From: Candidatus Nomurabacteria bacterium
GTDB lineage: Bacteria > Patescibacteriota > Patescibacteriia > HK-STAS-PATE-3
NCBI GenBank assembly: GCA_023898465.1
Contig: CP060223.1
Span: 736,001-800,000 of the forward strand
Direction of reading: 5' to 3'
DNA length: 64,000 bases
In this document: piece after piece, positions 8,283 to 18,223 of the stretch
Position numbering within the stretch: position 1 is the first letter of the stretch
Layout of the letters: each line of letters opens with the position of its first letter
Position numbers and translations under genes: made by a program
Notes under the pieces: generated by a model
The model's database searches: none
What the model saw: only the letters and a program-made list of their open reading frames with translations
What the model was told of the DNA's origin: nothing

Positions 8283-9366
8283 TTATATTACCGCACCCTC
8301 GCCTTTTAAATACGCTTCGATAAAGCCATCCAAATCACCATCGAGTACGGCTTGCGGATTATCTCCCTCGTGCTTAGTGCGATGATCTTTCACCATCTTA
8401 TAGGGATGCAACACATAAGAGCGAATTTGATTTCCCCATTCAGCTGAGTGAAATTCACCCCGAAGTTCTTTGCGCTTTTCCTCTTGTTCTTCCAGCCGCC
8501 TCATGTGCAATTTCTGCTTGAGAATCTTCATGGCTGTCTCTAGGTTCTGCTTTTGCGAACGCTCATTCTGACACTGCACAGTAATCTTGGTGGGTAAATG
8601 GACAATCCGTATAGCTGAATAGGTAGTGTTCACGCTCTGTCCACCATGACCTGAGGCCGTTGATGCCTCAATCTTCAAATCCTTTTCATCAATAACAATA
8701 TCAGGCAAGTCGCCAAAGTCCGGGATCACCTCAACAAGCGCAAATGAAGTATGACGCATCTTCTCGGCATCAAAAGGAGAAATGCGCACGAGGCGATGCA
8801 CACCTGCTTCGGCTTTGAGATAACCATAAGCATAGCGACCAAGCACTTCCATAGTAACACTCTTTATGCCCGCCTCACTACCTCGAGACTCATCAATCAC
8901 TTTCGCTGTCCAGCCCTTGCGTTCAAAATAACGCAGGTACATGCGCTTCAACATCTCAGCCCAATCCTGCGCATCAGTACCACCCGCTCCGGCATGAATA
9001 GCAAAGACGGCATCATTGGCATCGTACTCGCCACTAAGCATCATAGTAAATTCAAGCTGAGTAAAATCTTTCTCCAGCTTTTCGATTTGCGACTGCAGCT
9101 CTTCAGAGTCGCCAGTCTCTTGAGCTAGCTCATCTAGGGCTTGCGATTCTTCTTGCATTCGTTGCCAAAGCTCAACCTCTTTCTTAAGTTCGTCAAATTC
9201 ACGACTTGTCTTTGCCGCTGCCATATTGTCAGACCAGAAATCTGGCTGACTCATCTTATCTTCTAATTCCTTCAATAACTGCTGCTTTTGCGGCAGGTCA
9301 AAGAAACCCCCGTGAGGAGGCAATCTTTTGTGCGAGTTCGTGGATGCGTCCTTGAAGATCAGTCAT
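8283..9366 (-). CDS. prfB: Peptide chain release factor 2 with programmed +1 frameshift
   Basis: GGQ motif (ASGHGGQSVNT) and SPF motif (RISPFDAEK) identify RF2. The upstream short frame ATG(9366)…GGG TTT CTT TGA C ends at the classic CUU UGA C shift site with an SD-like GGGGG just before it. The +1 frame continues DLPQKQQLLKELE…, matching the listed ORF 8283..9323. Confidence 0.9.
9297..9303 (-). promoter_or_regulatory. RF2 autoregulatory +1 frameshift site CUU UGA C
   Basis: Seen in sequence. Preceded by AGGGGG (internal SD). Confidence 0.85.
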
Positions 9367-9616
9367 AAAACAAAAGTAACATACAAATTTGCTGAAAGCA
9401 ATTCTCGATACACTGATATGACTCCTGTTGCGCGCTGCTGCTGTCTCTGCATGAATAAACCGAGTAGTCAGCATTGATGTTCAGCAGCGCTTGATTCTTT
9501 TGCTTCTTTTCTGATCCCTGTCCCGAACGAAGTCATCGAGCCTGTTGTGATGACGATGTTGAGGGAAAGCAGAAAAGAAGTGTATGGACACCTCTCCGTT
9601 CACTAAGTACGATGCA

Positions 9617-10885
9617 CTATACTTCGCGCTCGCCTAAAGTGAGTTGAATAGTTTTTTCCTCACCATCATGCAATACCTTCAGACTAACAGTATCGCCTAC
9701 CTTATAGTCAATTAAGATATTTGTCAGCGTGGTATCCGAAGTAATTTTCTTGCCATCGAATTCCAGGATAATATCGTTTTCCTCTAGGCCAGCCTTATCT
9801 GCCGGACTGCCTGGGATAACCGCCAACTCGGAAGCATCACTTCCTCGAACGAGTAGAGCGCCATAATCAACTGAGAGATTGTTTTGCTCCTGCATATTGG
9901 CAGTGACTACCGTGTAGCGAATGCCTAGGTAAGGACGAACAATTTTCCCTTTTTCCTGCACGCTTTGCACATCCTGTTTAGCTGCATTAATTGGAATAGC
10001 AAAGCCAAGTGATTGACCCTCAGTAGAAACTGCGGTGTTCACGCCAATTACTTCACCGGAAATGTTCAGTAATGGACCGCCTGAGTTTCCTGAATTAATT
10101 GCCGCATCGGTCTGAATGGTGTCTTCAATCACTTCGGTTTGGCCGCTGCCATCACCTGCTTCAATAGTACGAGAGAGACCTGACACAATACCTTTCGTCA
10201 CTGTGTTTTGGAATCGACCTAAGGCGTTTCCAATTGCAATCACTGTTTCACCGATTTGCACGCTTTCTGAATCGCCCAGCTTCACTGCTGGTAAACCAGT
10301 TTTATCAATCTTCAAAATCGCCAAATCAAGACTTGGGTCTCGGGCTAAAACTTGTGCATCAACCCGCGTGCCATCATTCAGCACGACTGAGTAATCAATG
10401 GTCTCTAAATCTACTACATGCTTATTGGTAAGAATTAAACCATCGCTGGAAACAATAAAACCTGTACCACCGCGCACATCGCGCTTACCTTGTTGGGGCT
10501 GACTCGGCACCCCAATGCCAAATGGAGAGAAAAAATTTGAATCTTGAGAAATCTGACTAAAATCCTGCGTCCCAATGACGCTCACCACACTATCTTGCAC
10601 CTGATTCACTACATCAACCGTAGCTGAATCCTCGGCTACTTGCACCGTACGATTTTCAGTAATTGCTGAGCCTGAGGCATTTAAGCCAAAAAGTTTTTCA
10701 ATCCCACTGCCAAGTTGATTATTCACCGCCAACACGCCAAATACTGCTCCGGAAATAGCGCCGAGCACTAAACTAAACACGACCGCCATGATAAGTATGG
10801 AACGGAAAGCTTTTTTCTCGCTCTCGTGCATGGTCGGCTGAGAGGGTCTTACATTGTGATTTTCTTGTGGTGTGATATCCCCCAT
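9617..10885 (-). CDS. htrA: HtrA/DegP-family serine protease with C-terminal PDZ domain, N-terminal membrane anchor
   Basis: Catalytic triad context: TNKHVV (His), D, GNSGGPLLN (Ser). PDZ-like C-terminus. A terminator-like hairpin CCCAATGC…GTATTGGG+T5 lies downstream of the neighbouring gene. Confidence 0.85.
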   Translation of the reverse strand: MGDITPQENHNVRPSQPTMHESEKKAFRSILIMAVVFSLVLGAISGAVFGVLAVNNQLGSGIEKLFGLNASGSAITENRTVQVAEDSATVDVVNQVQDSVVSVIGTQDFSQISQDSNFFSPFGIGVPSQPQQGKRDVRGGTGFIVSSDGLILTNKHVVDLETIDYSVVLNDGTRVDAQVLARDPSLDLAILKIDKTGLPAVKLGDSESVQIGETVIAIGNALGRFQNTVTKGIVSGLSRTIEAGDGSGQTEVIEDTIQTDAAINSGNSGGPLLNISGEVIGVNTAVSTEGQSLGFAIPINAAKQDVQSVQEKGKIVRPYLGIRYTVVTANMQEQNNLSVDYGALLVRGSDASELAVIPGSPADKAGLEENDIILEFDGKKITSDTTLTNILIDYKVGDTVSLKVLHDGEEKTIQLTLGEREV

Positions 10886-11094
10886 AGCGTATACCCAGGG
10901 TACTGTTCATACCGTGCAGTGTCAAGTCAAAAAGCATCAGTATGGCAGGAAAAAATACCTGCTACGTATAGTACAGCAAGCCTCTCCCTTTTCTTTCATA
11001 AATGAAAAACCCAATACTTTTAAATATATAAGCATTGGGCTCATTCTTCTCAAACTGTGCTCATAAAATAACAAGCACATTGAGACACGACGCT

Positions 11095-11409
11095 CTAGCG
11101 AACTTGCCGGTTTTTTCTATTTCTCCGGCGACGCGAACGTCGAGAGCCCAGTGAAGTCAGTACCACCTCTTGGCAAGGGAATTCCTTAACAAATGGTGGC
11201 CAGTTCACTGGGAAGAACAAGGCTTGGTACCCATGACGGTCAATCAGCTCTTGCCGAAACCTCTCCTCGCAGACATACCACTTCCGTCTCAGCAAAATCC
11301 GACGATTTTCGTGATGTAGCTGTCCGAGTCTCTCTGCCTGCTTCCTGTCGTCAGCCACGATCGGCTGACTCATTCCGCACACTGGACATTGAGCCAGAAA
11401 GCGTTGCAT
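11095..11409 (-). CDS. Hypothetical small protein with CPVCG…C zinc-ribbon-like motif and Arg-rich C-terminus
   Basis: 104-aa ORF. Confidence 0.35.
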   Translation of the reverse strand: MQRFLAQCPVCGMSQPIVADDRKQAERLGQLHHENRRILLRRKWYVCEERFRQELIDRHGYQALFFPVNWPPFVKEFPCQEVVLTSLGSRRSRRRRNRKNRQVR

Positions 11410-11859
11410 CTCTCATCCTCCTTTCGAGGTCTTGGGTGGTAGTGACAAGGAACGAACAAAGCATAATAGACCATGAACACTATTTTGTCAATCCAAAACA
11501 AAAGGACCTGAGCTGTGCATCAAGTCCTTTGAAAGTCATCTTCATCTTCAAGCGTTTCCCGATCGCGACGTGACAGCCCCCGGAAGTGGACTATGTAGAA
11601 TGACCCGAGCAATATGGCAGCCAGCCCAAAGATCGAGCCAATGATCAAGGGAAGATGCATGCCTCCTCCTAGGGGATGATATCTCCGGCCCGCAGCTCCT
11701 CGAAGTCTTCCTCGGTTGGATCTGGAATTATGGGCATATCGTGGATACGCTCGAAACACTTGAGGCTCCACACAACAAGACCAATCACCACAGCAATGGA
11801 AAACACAAAGATTGCCAAGGTAATCCACAATACCTGCACTTTAACCTCCTCCGTCGCTG

Positions 11860-12747
11860 CTACGCAGCAACTAAGTCAGCCAGACTCACTAACTCATATC
11901 CCTGATCTCGAAGCTCAGTGATGATAGTTGGTAGTGCGTCCTCAGTTGAGATGCCCCCAACCTGTAAAAGGACAATTCCCCCATTAGCCGCCCGACTCAT
12001 CACCCGCGCTTCAATATCCGCTGCAGTGGCGCCGGCCTGCCAATCTAAACCGTCGACTGTCCAAGTAACCGGACAGTAACCAGCCGACATTACTATATCC
12101 GTCACAGTTTGGTCAACCGATCCAAATGGTGGCCGGAAAAAGGGCTTTGTTGTTAGGTTAGTAATCCCGCTAATTTCTTCATCCGCTGCTTCCAATTCTA
12201 ACAAGGCTTCATCCTCTGTTAAATCTTCAAAGTCGGGATGTGTGTCGCTCTGATTGTAAATGCGATATCCAGCATCGCTGATTTTTTGTACGACATCGGG
12301 ATTGTTACGAGCAAAGGTGCCGGTGAAAAAGAATGAGGCTGGCGCATTTGCCTCCTGCAAGACTTGTAAAATCTCATCAACATTTGCTCCATTGCCGCGT
12401 CCGCTGAAGGTAAGCGTCATTTTTTTCGCGCCGCCCAGTACCGAGATTACCCCGTCGCATTGCGTAGCTACATCAAAATCCTCTGCTACGGCCGGCGCCA
12501 CGCTTGTATTTGTATTCGCATCAGCATTTTCATTTGTCTCAGTATTCGTGTTTGTCACCTCAGCCAGCTGGGTAGTACTATTCTCTACTGCAGTGTCGGC
12601 CGAGTTGGTATCACCTTTGCCAAAGACCCTTTGGATAAGAACGACTACGATAATAAGCGCGACGACATACAAAATCCAGCGAAAAAGCTTCGCATTCGTG
12701 ACAGGCTTACGTTCTTGATAGCGGGCGTAGCGTTGATACGCCGGCAT
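11860..12747 (-). CDS. Polysaccharide deacetylase (NodB-homology) family protein, membrane-anchored; catalytic motifs look degenerate
   Basis: N-terminal TM helix and a T/N-rich linker. The NodB-like fold carries motif-1 TFSGRGNG (canonical is TFDDG) and motif-2 NQSDTHPD (canonical is H[ST]xxHP). Confidence 0.65.
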   Translation of the reverse strand: MPAYQRYARYQERKPVTNAKLFRWILYVVALIIVVVLIQRVFGKGDTNSADTAVENSTTQLAEVTNTNTETNENADANTNTSVAPAVAEDFDVATQCDGVISVLGGAKKMTLTFSGRGNGANVDEILQVLQEANAPASFFFTGTFARNNPDVVQKISDAGYRIYNQSDTHPDFEDLTEDEALLELEAADEEISGITNLTTKPFFRPPFGSVDQTVTDIVMSAGYCPVTWTVDGLDWQAGATAADIEARVMSRAANGGIVLLQVGGISTEDALPTIITELRDQGYELVSLADLVAA

Positions 12748-12760
12748 AAAGCGCTCCTAG

Positions 12761-13321
12761 TTAGGATTGAGGAACTTCCCTCCGTGCTTTCATTCTAACA
12801 AACCAGCGCACACTTTCAAAGCCGCCAAAAAGCACAGTGGTATAGAAAAGGTCACCTATCAAGGTATTGCGGAAAAATGGCAACGCCATGGTGTAAGACT
12901 GGATCAAGCCGCTAAAGGTGTGAGCGTACATGGTACCAAAGAACCAAACTGCCCAGTTGGTCACGAGATAAAAAACTATTGAGCCGAGCAGCGTGCCACC
13001 TGCAATGCTAAGCACGTTCTTCTTCTGTCGCACCCAGAGTCCAATAAGTCCAACAAAGGCAAAGCTCAGCCACGTGATAGGTGCGAGGGAATACCAGCCT
13101 GCCCCATGAAGACCCCAGGGCAAGGCTTCACGAAAAGCTGGCACAGACATCAATATGTCGCTCATCATCATAATACTCAAGGGCAAAATGACTGCCCAGG
13201 ACTTACGTAAATATACACCAGCAAATAGAGCAATGGCCGCAACTGGAGCCACGTTTAATGGGTGTGGGATGAGGCGTAGGAATACGCCGACGAAAAGGAG
13301 AATGTAGGGAAGAATTTGCAT
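12761..13321 (-). CDS. Hypothetical polytopic membrane protein (transporter substrate-binding-component-like topology)
   Basis: 186 aa with 5–6 hydrophobic helices. Confidence 0.45.
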   Translation of the reverse strand: MQILPYILLFVGVFLRLIPHPLNVAPVAAIALFAGVYLRKSWAVILPLSIMMMSDILMSVPAFREALPWGLHGAGWYSLAPITWLSFAFVGLIGLWVRQKKNVLSIAGGTLLGSIVFYLVTNWAVWFFGTMYAHTFSGLIQSYTMALPFFRNTLIGDLFYTTVLFGGFESVRWFVRMKARREVPQS

Positions 13322-13331
13322 AGTCAGGGAC

Positions 13332-13763
13332 TTACTTTAGCAGGCGCTTCTGCAATGCGTCAAATGCGGTAAGAGCTCGCTGTACTGTACTCATAAGTGG
13401 TAAATTCCCCGCCTCCGCAATAGTCACCCATCGATACTCGTCATGCTCGTCGCTTAAATGGACTTGCTGCTCTTCAGTGGTGCACCAGATATACATTCCA
13501 ACAATATGTCGTTTGAGGCCCTGGATTGTTGGCTCCCAAGCATCAATGGAAATTGGAATATCAACGCGAATATGCAAACCCGTTTCTTCCGCCACTTCCC
13601 GTTTTATGCCATCAAATGGTGATTCACCTAAGCCTAAACGGCCTCCAGGAACATCCCATTTACCAACATTTGTCGCTTCATCATATGCCCGCTCGCGAAG
13701 TAAAAGAATTTTATCTTTATGCGTAATGATCGCTTTTACCGCTACAAATTGTTCTTGGGGCAT
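13332..13763 (-). CDS. NUDIX hydrolase
   Basis: Nudix box GGRLGLGESPFDGIKREVAEETGL. Confidence 0.8.
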   Translation of the reverse strand: MPQEQFVAVKAIITHKDKILLLRERAYDEATNVGKWDVPGGRLGLGESPFDGIKREVAEETGLHIRVDIPISIDAWEPTIQGLKRHIVGMYIWCTTEEQQVHLSDEHDEYRWVTIAEAGNLPLMSTVQRALTAFDALQKRLLK

Positions 13764-13774
13764 AAACGTTTTCC

Positions 13775-14314
13775 TTAGTAGTCAATTCCCTTTTCGGCCA
13801 ACCTGCCTTCATCATAAGGATGTTTCACCTTACGCATGTCAGTCACCAGATCAGCCAACTTGTTAATACGAGGATAGTTGGTATGTCCGGTCAGCACTAA
13901 ATGCAGCGAGGGACGCTTGGCCTTCATAAGCTTAATAAGCGCCGTTTGAGAAAAGAGCTCTGACTCAATAGCTGAAATTGCTTCATCAAGAATTACCACA
14001 TCATAAGCATTTGAACGAACTGCTCGCATGGCCGCTTGAAGCGCCTGCTGCGCTGCTCGCTTATGGACGATGAAAGGTTTCGTATCGTTCAAAATTTTCA
14101 CAAAGCCTTTGCCAAGCACCCAAACATCAACGCCAAGCTTTTTGAGCATGGCGCGTTCACCCGAGGGCCAGCGCTCTTCTTTTACAAACTGGAGGAAGAA
14201 AACCCGCTTACCCCAACCACGAGCTCGGACAGCCACGCCAACCGCTGCAGTAGTTTTTCCTTTTCCCTTCCCAAGGTACAGGAGAGTGAGGCCTGAGGGT
14301 GTTTTTTTATCCAT
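13775..14314 (-). CDS. cobO: Cob(I)yrinic acid a,c-diamide / corrinoid adenosyltransferase (CobA/CobO/BtuR family)
   Basis: P-loop LYLGKGKGKTTAA. ILDE. C-terminal HPYDEGRLAEKGIDY, matching the BtuR C-terminus. Start taken at the internal Met (MDKKT…) of ORF 13775..14347. Confidence 0.75.
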   Translation of the reverse strand: MDKKTPSGLTLLYLGKGKGKTTAAVGVAVRARGWGKRVFFLQFVKEERWPSGERAMLKKLGVDVWVLGKGFVKILNDTKPFIVHKRAAQQALQAAMRAVRSNAYDVVILDEAISAIESELFSQTALIKLMKAKRPSLHLVLTGHTNYPRINKLADLVTDMRKVKHPYDEGRLAEKGIDY

Positions 14315-14372
14315 ACCAGAGCATCCCGCCCCATTGCTTATTAGCAATGGGGCGGGATTTTCAAGCTAGTGA

Positions 14373-17306
14373 TTAGGAGCAGCCGCTCGTATTACCGCAT
14401 TCCAGACACTTGTAGCAGGATGCGTTGCGAACCATGATAGCTCCGCAGAAATCGCAAGGCGGTGCGTCGGTTTGATTCTTGATCGTGCTCAGTTCAAGTT
14501 GAACTCCAGAAGTGGCGCTTTCTTTTTCCTCTACTTTTTCTTGCACCTTCTCTGCTACTGGAGCAGCGCTGGCGACTGGCTCGGCTTTCTGGACTGGAGC
14601 AGTTGAGGTCGCCTGCGCGGTCAGATCAGCATTGTGGAATTCAGCTGCCTCTTTTGAGGTCATGAACTTCAGGGCTAACCAGCGGAAAATGTAATCCATG
14701 ATCGACTTCACCATCGGGATCTGCTTGTTGCGTGTGAAGCCGGCTGGTTCAAAGCGAGAGTGCGTAAATTTGCTAATGAGCACCTTCAGCGGCACACCAT
14801 ACTGCAAGTTCAGGGAAATTGAAGTGGCAAAGGCGTCCATTACTCCAGAGAGTGTACTACCCTCTTTACTCATGGTGATGAAGAGCTCGCCTGGTTGTCC
14901 GTCAGGATAGAGACCAACCGTGATGTAACCCTCGTGCCCGGCAATATCAAACTTATGCGTGATAGATTGACGCTCGTCTGGTAGACGATGGCGGTAGGGC
15001 TTCGGGTCAGGTGAAACAACGGCTGCCGCGGTCTTCTCTTGCTTCTTACCATCCTCAGTCAAGGAAGTATTGAGCGGCTGCGTACGCTTTGATCCATCAC
15101 GGTAGATAGCTAAGGCCTTCAAGCCAAGCTTCCAACCCTGAATGTAGGCATCCATGATTTCTTCTACTGTGGAATCAGCTGGCATGTTGACGGTCTTAGA
15201 GATAGCACCAGAGATGAAAGGTTGTGCTGCGCCCATCATTTTTAAGTGACCCATGTGGTGAATGGAGCGTGTACCGTTTGCAGCTGGGAAAGCACAGTCA
15301 AACACGGCTAGATCTTCTTTCTTTACATGAGGAGCACCCTCGATTGTGTCATTGCTATCAATGAAGTCAGTGATAGCGGTAACCTGCTCTTTGGTATACC
15401 CCAGCCTATCCAAGGCCATTGGTACTGTGCGGTTGATAATCTTCATATATCCGCCACCAACCAGCTTCTTGTACTTCACCAAAGCAATATCAGGTTCAAT
15501 GCCGGTAGTATCACAGTCCATCATAAAAGCGATGGTTCCGGTCGGAGCTAATACGGAAACCTGGGCATTGCGGACACCATACTGGGTACCACGGGTAACT
15601 GCTTCGTCCCACACATTGCGAGAAGCTTCCCACATGTCGCTCGGGATCAAGGACTGCGTAATACCATCAACTGCTTCACGATGCTGACGTAATACACGGA
15701 GAGTGGAGTCTTTATTCGTTTCATAATCTGGGAAAGGCCCCATCTCTTTAGCAATCTCGGCTGATTGCGCATAGGCCTGACCAGTTAAGAGGGCAGTAAT
15801 AACTGCTGCGTAGGCTCGGCCTTCATCGCTGTCATATGGTAAGCCAAGTGACATCAAGAGGGCACCCAAGTTTGCGTAACCAATACCTAAAGTACGGTAG
15901 AGGTGACTGCGCGCAGCGATCCGCTCAGTTGGGTAGCTTGAGTTATCGACAATGATTTCCATGGCAGTGATCAACACCTTGATGGCATGGAGATACTTGG
16001 TGTAGTCAAAGCGACCATCCTGCGTCCGAAACTTCATCAGGTTGATAGATGCTAGGTTGCAGGCAGTGTCGTTCAAGAACATGTACTCGGAACATGGGTT
16101 GGAAGCATGGATACGGTCAGTGTTCAGACAGGTGTGCCAATTGTTGATGGTGGTGTCATATTGCAATCCCGGGTCACCACACTGATGGGTTGCTTCAGAA
16201 ATCATGCGCAGCACATCGCGAGCTTTGTACGTATCAACCACTGCATCATCTTTTACTGCCCGGGTCTGCCAATAGCCATCGCTCTCGACTGCTTTCATGA
16301 ATTCATCAGTAACGCGGACGCTGTGGTTAGCGTTTTGGAAATAGACTGAGGTATAGGCCTCGCCGTCAATTGCGCCATCATAACCTGCATCAATTAATGA
16401 CCAGGCTTTTCGCTCTTCTTTTGCCTTACTCCAGATAAATTCAACTACGTCTGGGTGTTCAACGTTCAAGATAACCATCTTAGCGGCTCGTCGCGTTTTT
16501 CCACCCGACTTGATCACGCCAGCAAAAGAGTCAAAGCCCTTCATGAAAGAAACCGGCCCTGAGGCTGTACCACCACCAGACAAGCGCTCTCGTGAAGAGC
16601 GAATTGGTGAAAGGTTGGAGCCAGCGCCAGATCCGAACTTGAAAATCATACCCTCGCTCTTTGCCAAGCTAAGGATAGAATCCATTGAATCTTCTACCGA
16701 GAGAATAAAACAGGCCGAGCACTGTGGATGAGTGTAATCATCCTGAGCTAAACCCACTTCCTGCTTCTCTTTTTGCCAATACCAGCGGCCAGCGCCGGAT
16801 CCCCGGTCATAGCGATGCACGCCACAGTTAAACCATACCGGGCTATTGAAGGTCATATACTGATGCACAATCAACCAGGTCAATTCATCGTAAAAAGTCT
16901 GTGCATCATCAGCTGTAGCAAAATAACCATCCGCCTGACCCCAGTCAGTGATGGTACGAGTGACACGATCAATTAACTGCTTGATGCTGGTCTCTCGCTG
17001 ACCCTTATCATTATCACCGTAAAAATATTTTGAGACAACGATGTTTGTAGCATTCTGTGTCCAAAAATTTGGAACCTCGACATCCTTTTGCTCAAAAACC
17101 ACTTTACCTTTTGAATCAGTAATCGCCGCGGTGCGTCGCTCCCATTGAATCTCATCAAAGGGTTGTACATTTCCACGTGAAAAAAAGCGCTGCCATCGCA
17201 AACCGAGGCCTCGCTTACCCTTCTGCTTAGTATCCATTAATTTTTCCAACAGAGCTTCTTTAGTGCTCTCGTGGACATGAGTATTCGACTGGGCAGAAGG
17301 CGGCAT
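14373..17306 (-). CDS. nrdJ: Adenosylcobalamin-dependent ribonucleotide reductase (class II, NrdJ) with C-terminal Cys4 zinc ribbon
   Basis: 977 aa. Active-site region NPCSEYMFLNDTACNLASINL. C-terminal CDFCG…CYKCLECG. Confidence 0.9.
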   Translation of the reverse strand: MPPSAQSNTHVHESTKEALLEKLMDTKQKGKRGLGLRWQRFFSRGNVQPFDEIQWERRTAAITDSKGKVVFEQKDVEVPNFWTQNATNIVVSKYFYGDNDKGQRETSIKQLIDRVTRTITDWGQADGYFATADDAQTFYDELTWLIVHQYMTFNSPVWFNCGVHRYDRGSGAGRWYWQKEKQEVGLAQDDYTHPQCSACFILSVEDSMDSILSLAKSEGMIFKFGSGAGSNLSPIRSSRERLSGGGTASGPVSFMKGFDSFAGVIKSGGKTRRAAKMVILNVEHPDVVEFIWSKAKEERKAWSLIDAGYDGAIDGEAYTSVYFQNANHSVRVTDEFMKAVESDGYWQTRAVKDDAVVDTYKARDVLRMISEATHQCGDPGLQYDTTINNWHTCLNTDRIHASNPCSEYMFLNDTACNLASINLMKFRTQDGRFDYTKYLHAIKVLITAMEIIVDNSSYPTERIAARSHLYRTLGIGYANLGALLMSLGLPYDSDEGRAYAAVITALLTGQAYAQSAEIAKEMGPFPDYETNKDSTLRVLRQHREAVDGITQSLIPSDMWEASRNVWDEAVTRGTQYGVRNAQVSVLAPTGTIAFMMDCDTTGIEPDIALVKYKKLVGGGYMKIINRTVPMALDRLGYTKEQVTAITDFIDSNDTIEGAPHVKKEDLAVFDCAFPAANGTRSIHHMGHLKMMGAAQPFISGAISKTVNMPADSTVEEIMDAYIQGWKLGLKALAIYRDGSKRTQPLNTSLTEDGKKQEKTAAAVVSPDPKPYRHRLPDERQSITHKFDIAGHEGYITVGLYPDGQPGELFITMSKEGSTLSGVMDAFATSISLNLQYGVPLKVLISKFTHSRFEPAGFTRNKQIPMVKSIMDYIFRWLALKFMTSKEAAEFHNADLTAQATSTAPVQKAEPVASAAPVAEKVQEKVEEKESATSGVQLELSTIKNQTDAPPCDFCGAIMVRNASCYKCLECGNTSGCS

Positions 17307-17346
17307 GGGAATATCCTTTCTGTAATGGTTAATGAGGAAAGTAGCG

Positions 17347-17850
17347 TTATGAGCGGCGACGTTTTTTTACAGTTCGCCGGACTGTTTTTGTACGGAGGAG
17401 AGCTTGCAGTTCGCGTTGGAAAGTCTCAGCGTCTTTGAAAGACCGGTAGACGGAAGCAAATCGGATGTAGGCAACCGGATCAATCTTCTTAAGGTGACGC
17501 ATGATGACTTCGCCAATATCCTTTGACTTCACCTCTTGAGCACTCTTGCGACCACTTAGCTTCTGAATGTCGCGCTCGATTCGACTGAGCAGCTGAGTAA
17601 ACTCTTCAGTAGTCGTAGGTCGCTTCTCAAGTGCCTTGCGTAACCCTTGCTCCATTTTTTCACGTAGGTAGGGTTCCCGGCGTCCATCTCTTTTTAAGAT
17701 GGTGACATTGAGGAGCTCTACTTCTTCATAGGTGGTGAAGCGGAAGGTGCAGCGAGTACATTCGCGACGACGTCGGATGGCAAAGCCATCGGTGACGAGG
17801 CGTGAATCAGTAACCTTGCTATCCGCGTGATGGCAAACCGGACATTTCAT
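17347..17850 (-). CDS. nrdR: Transcriptional repressor NrdR (zinc ribbon + ATP-cone)
   Basis: MKCPVCHHADSKVTDSR…CTRC zinc ribbon followed by an ATP-cone. Confidence 0.9.
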   Translation of the reverse strand: MKCPVCHHADSKVTDSRLVTDGFAIRRRRECTRCTFRFTTYEEVELLNVTILKRDGRREPYLREKMEQGLRKALEKRPTTTEEFTQLLSRIERDIQKLSGRKSAQEVKSKDIGEVIMRHLKKIDPVAYIRFASVYRSFKDAETFQRELQALLRTKTVRRTVKKRRRS

Positions 17851-18072
17851 ACCGTTAGCAACTCTTCAGGCTCCATGAGGAGAAGCCTATCCAAGTTATT
17901 CAGATAATGCATCGACAGGGATTAGCCTGTCGACTTGATACACCATCCTGAAGAAAGGACGGTGCGTAGAGCAATAAGTTGTAAGGTTTTTTGGAGGCTT
18001 TCTTGAGACGAAAACAGGCCACTGCCATATCGCGTACTTGTGCTGGCTGGTGCCCGTGTTGCCCCCGTTGCT

Positions 18073-18125
18073 ACAATATCTAGTAGTGCTAGGTGTAATT
18101 TTACTACAAGATATAGTCTTGTCAA
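18073..18125 (-). promoter_or_regulatory. Sigma-70-like promoter (minus strand TTGACA-16-TAAAAT) with two NrdR-box-like palindromes
   Basis: Minus strand reads TTGACAagactatatcttgtagTAAAAT. Box B ACAAGATATAGTCTTGT (18106..18122) lies within the spacer. Box A ACAATATCTAGTAGTG (18073..18088) lies just downstream of the predicted TSS. Both resemble the NrdR-box consensus acaCwAtATaTwGtgt. The promoter sits about 230 nt upstream of nrdR. Confidence 0.55.
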
Positions 18126-18223
18126 CCCACAAAACACTAGGAATTTGTGAGTTAAGGGGATTGGAACGGCGCAAAGCACCTCGCCACGCTGAGCGTGACG
18201 TCCCCCTACTCTATCAAGATGTC

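Noticed and set aside
17896-18179. Minus-strand ORFs 17896..18174 and 17922..18179 in the nrdR–ftsZ intergenic region
   Set aside because: Low-complexity, no RBS or motif. The region is better explained as the nrdR promoter/leader with NrdR-box-like palindromes.
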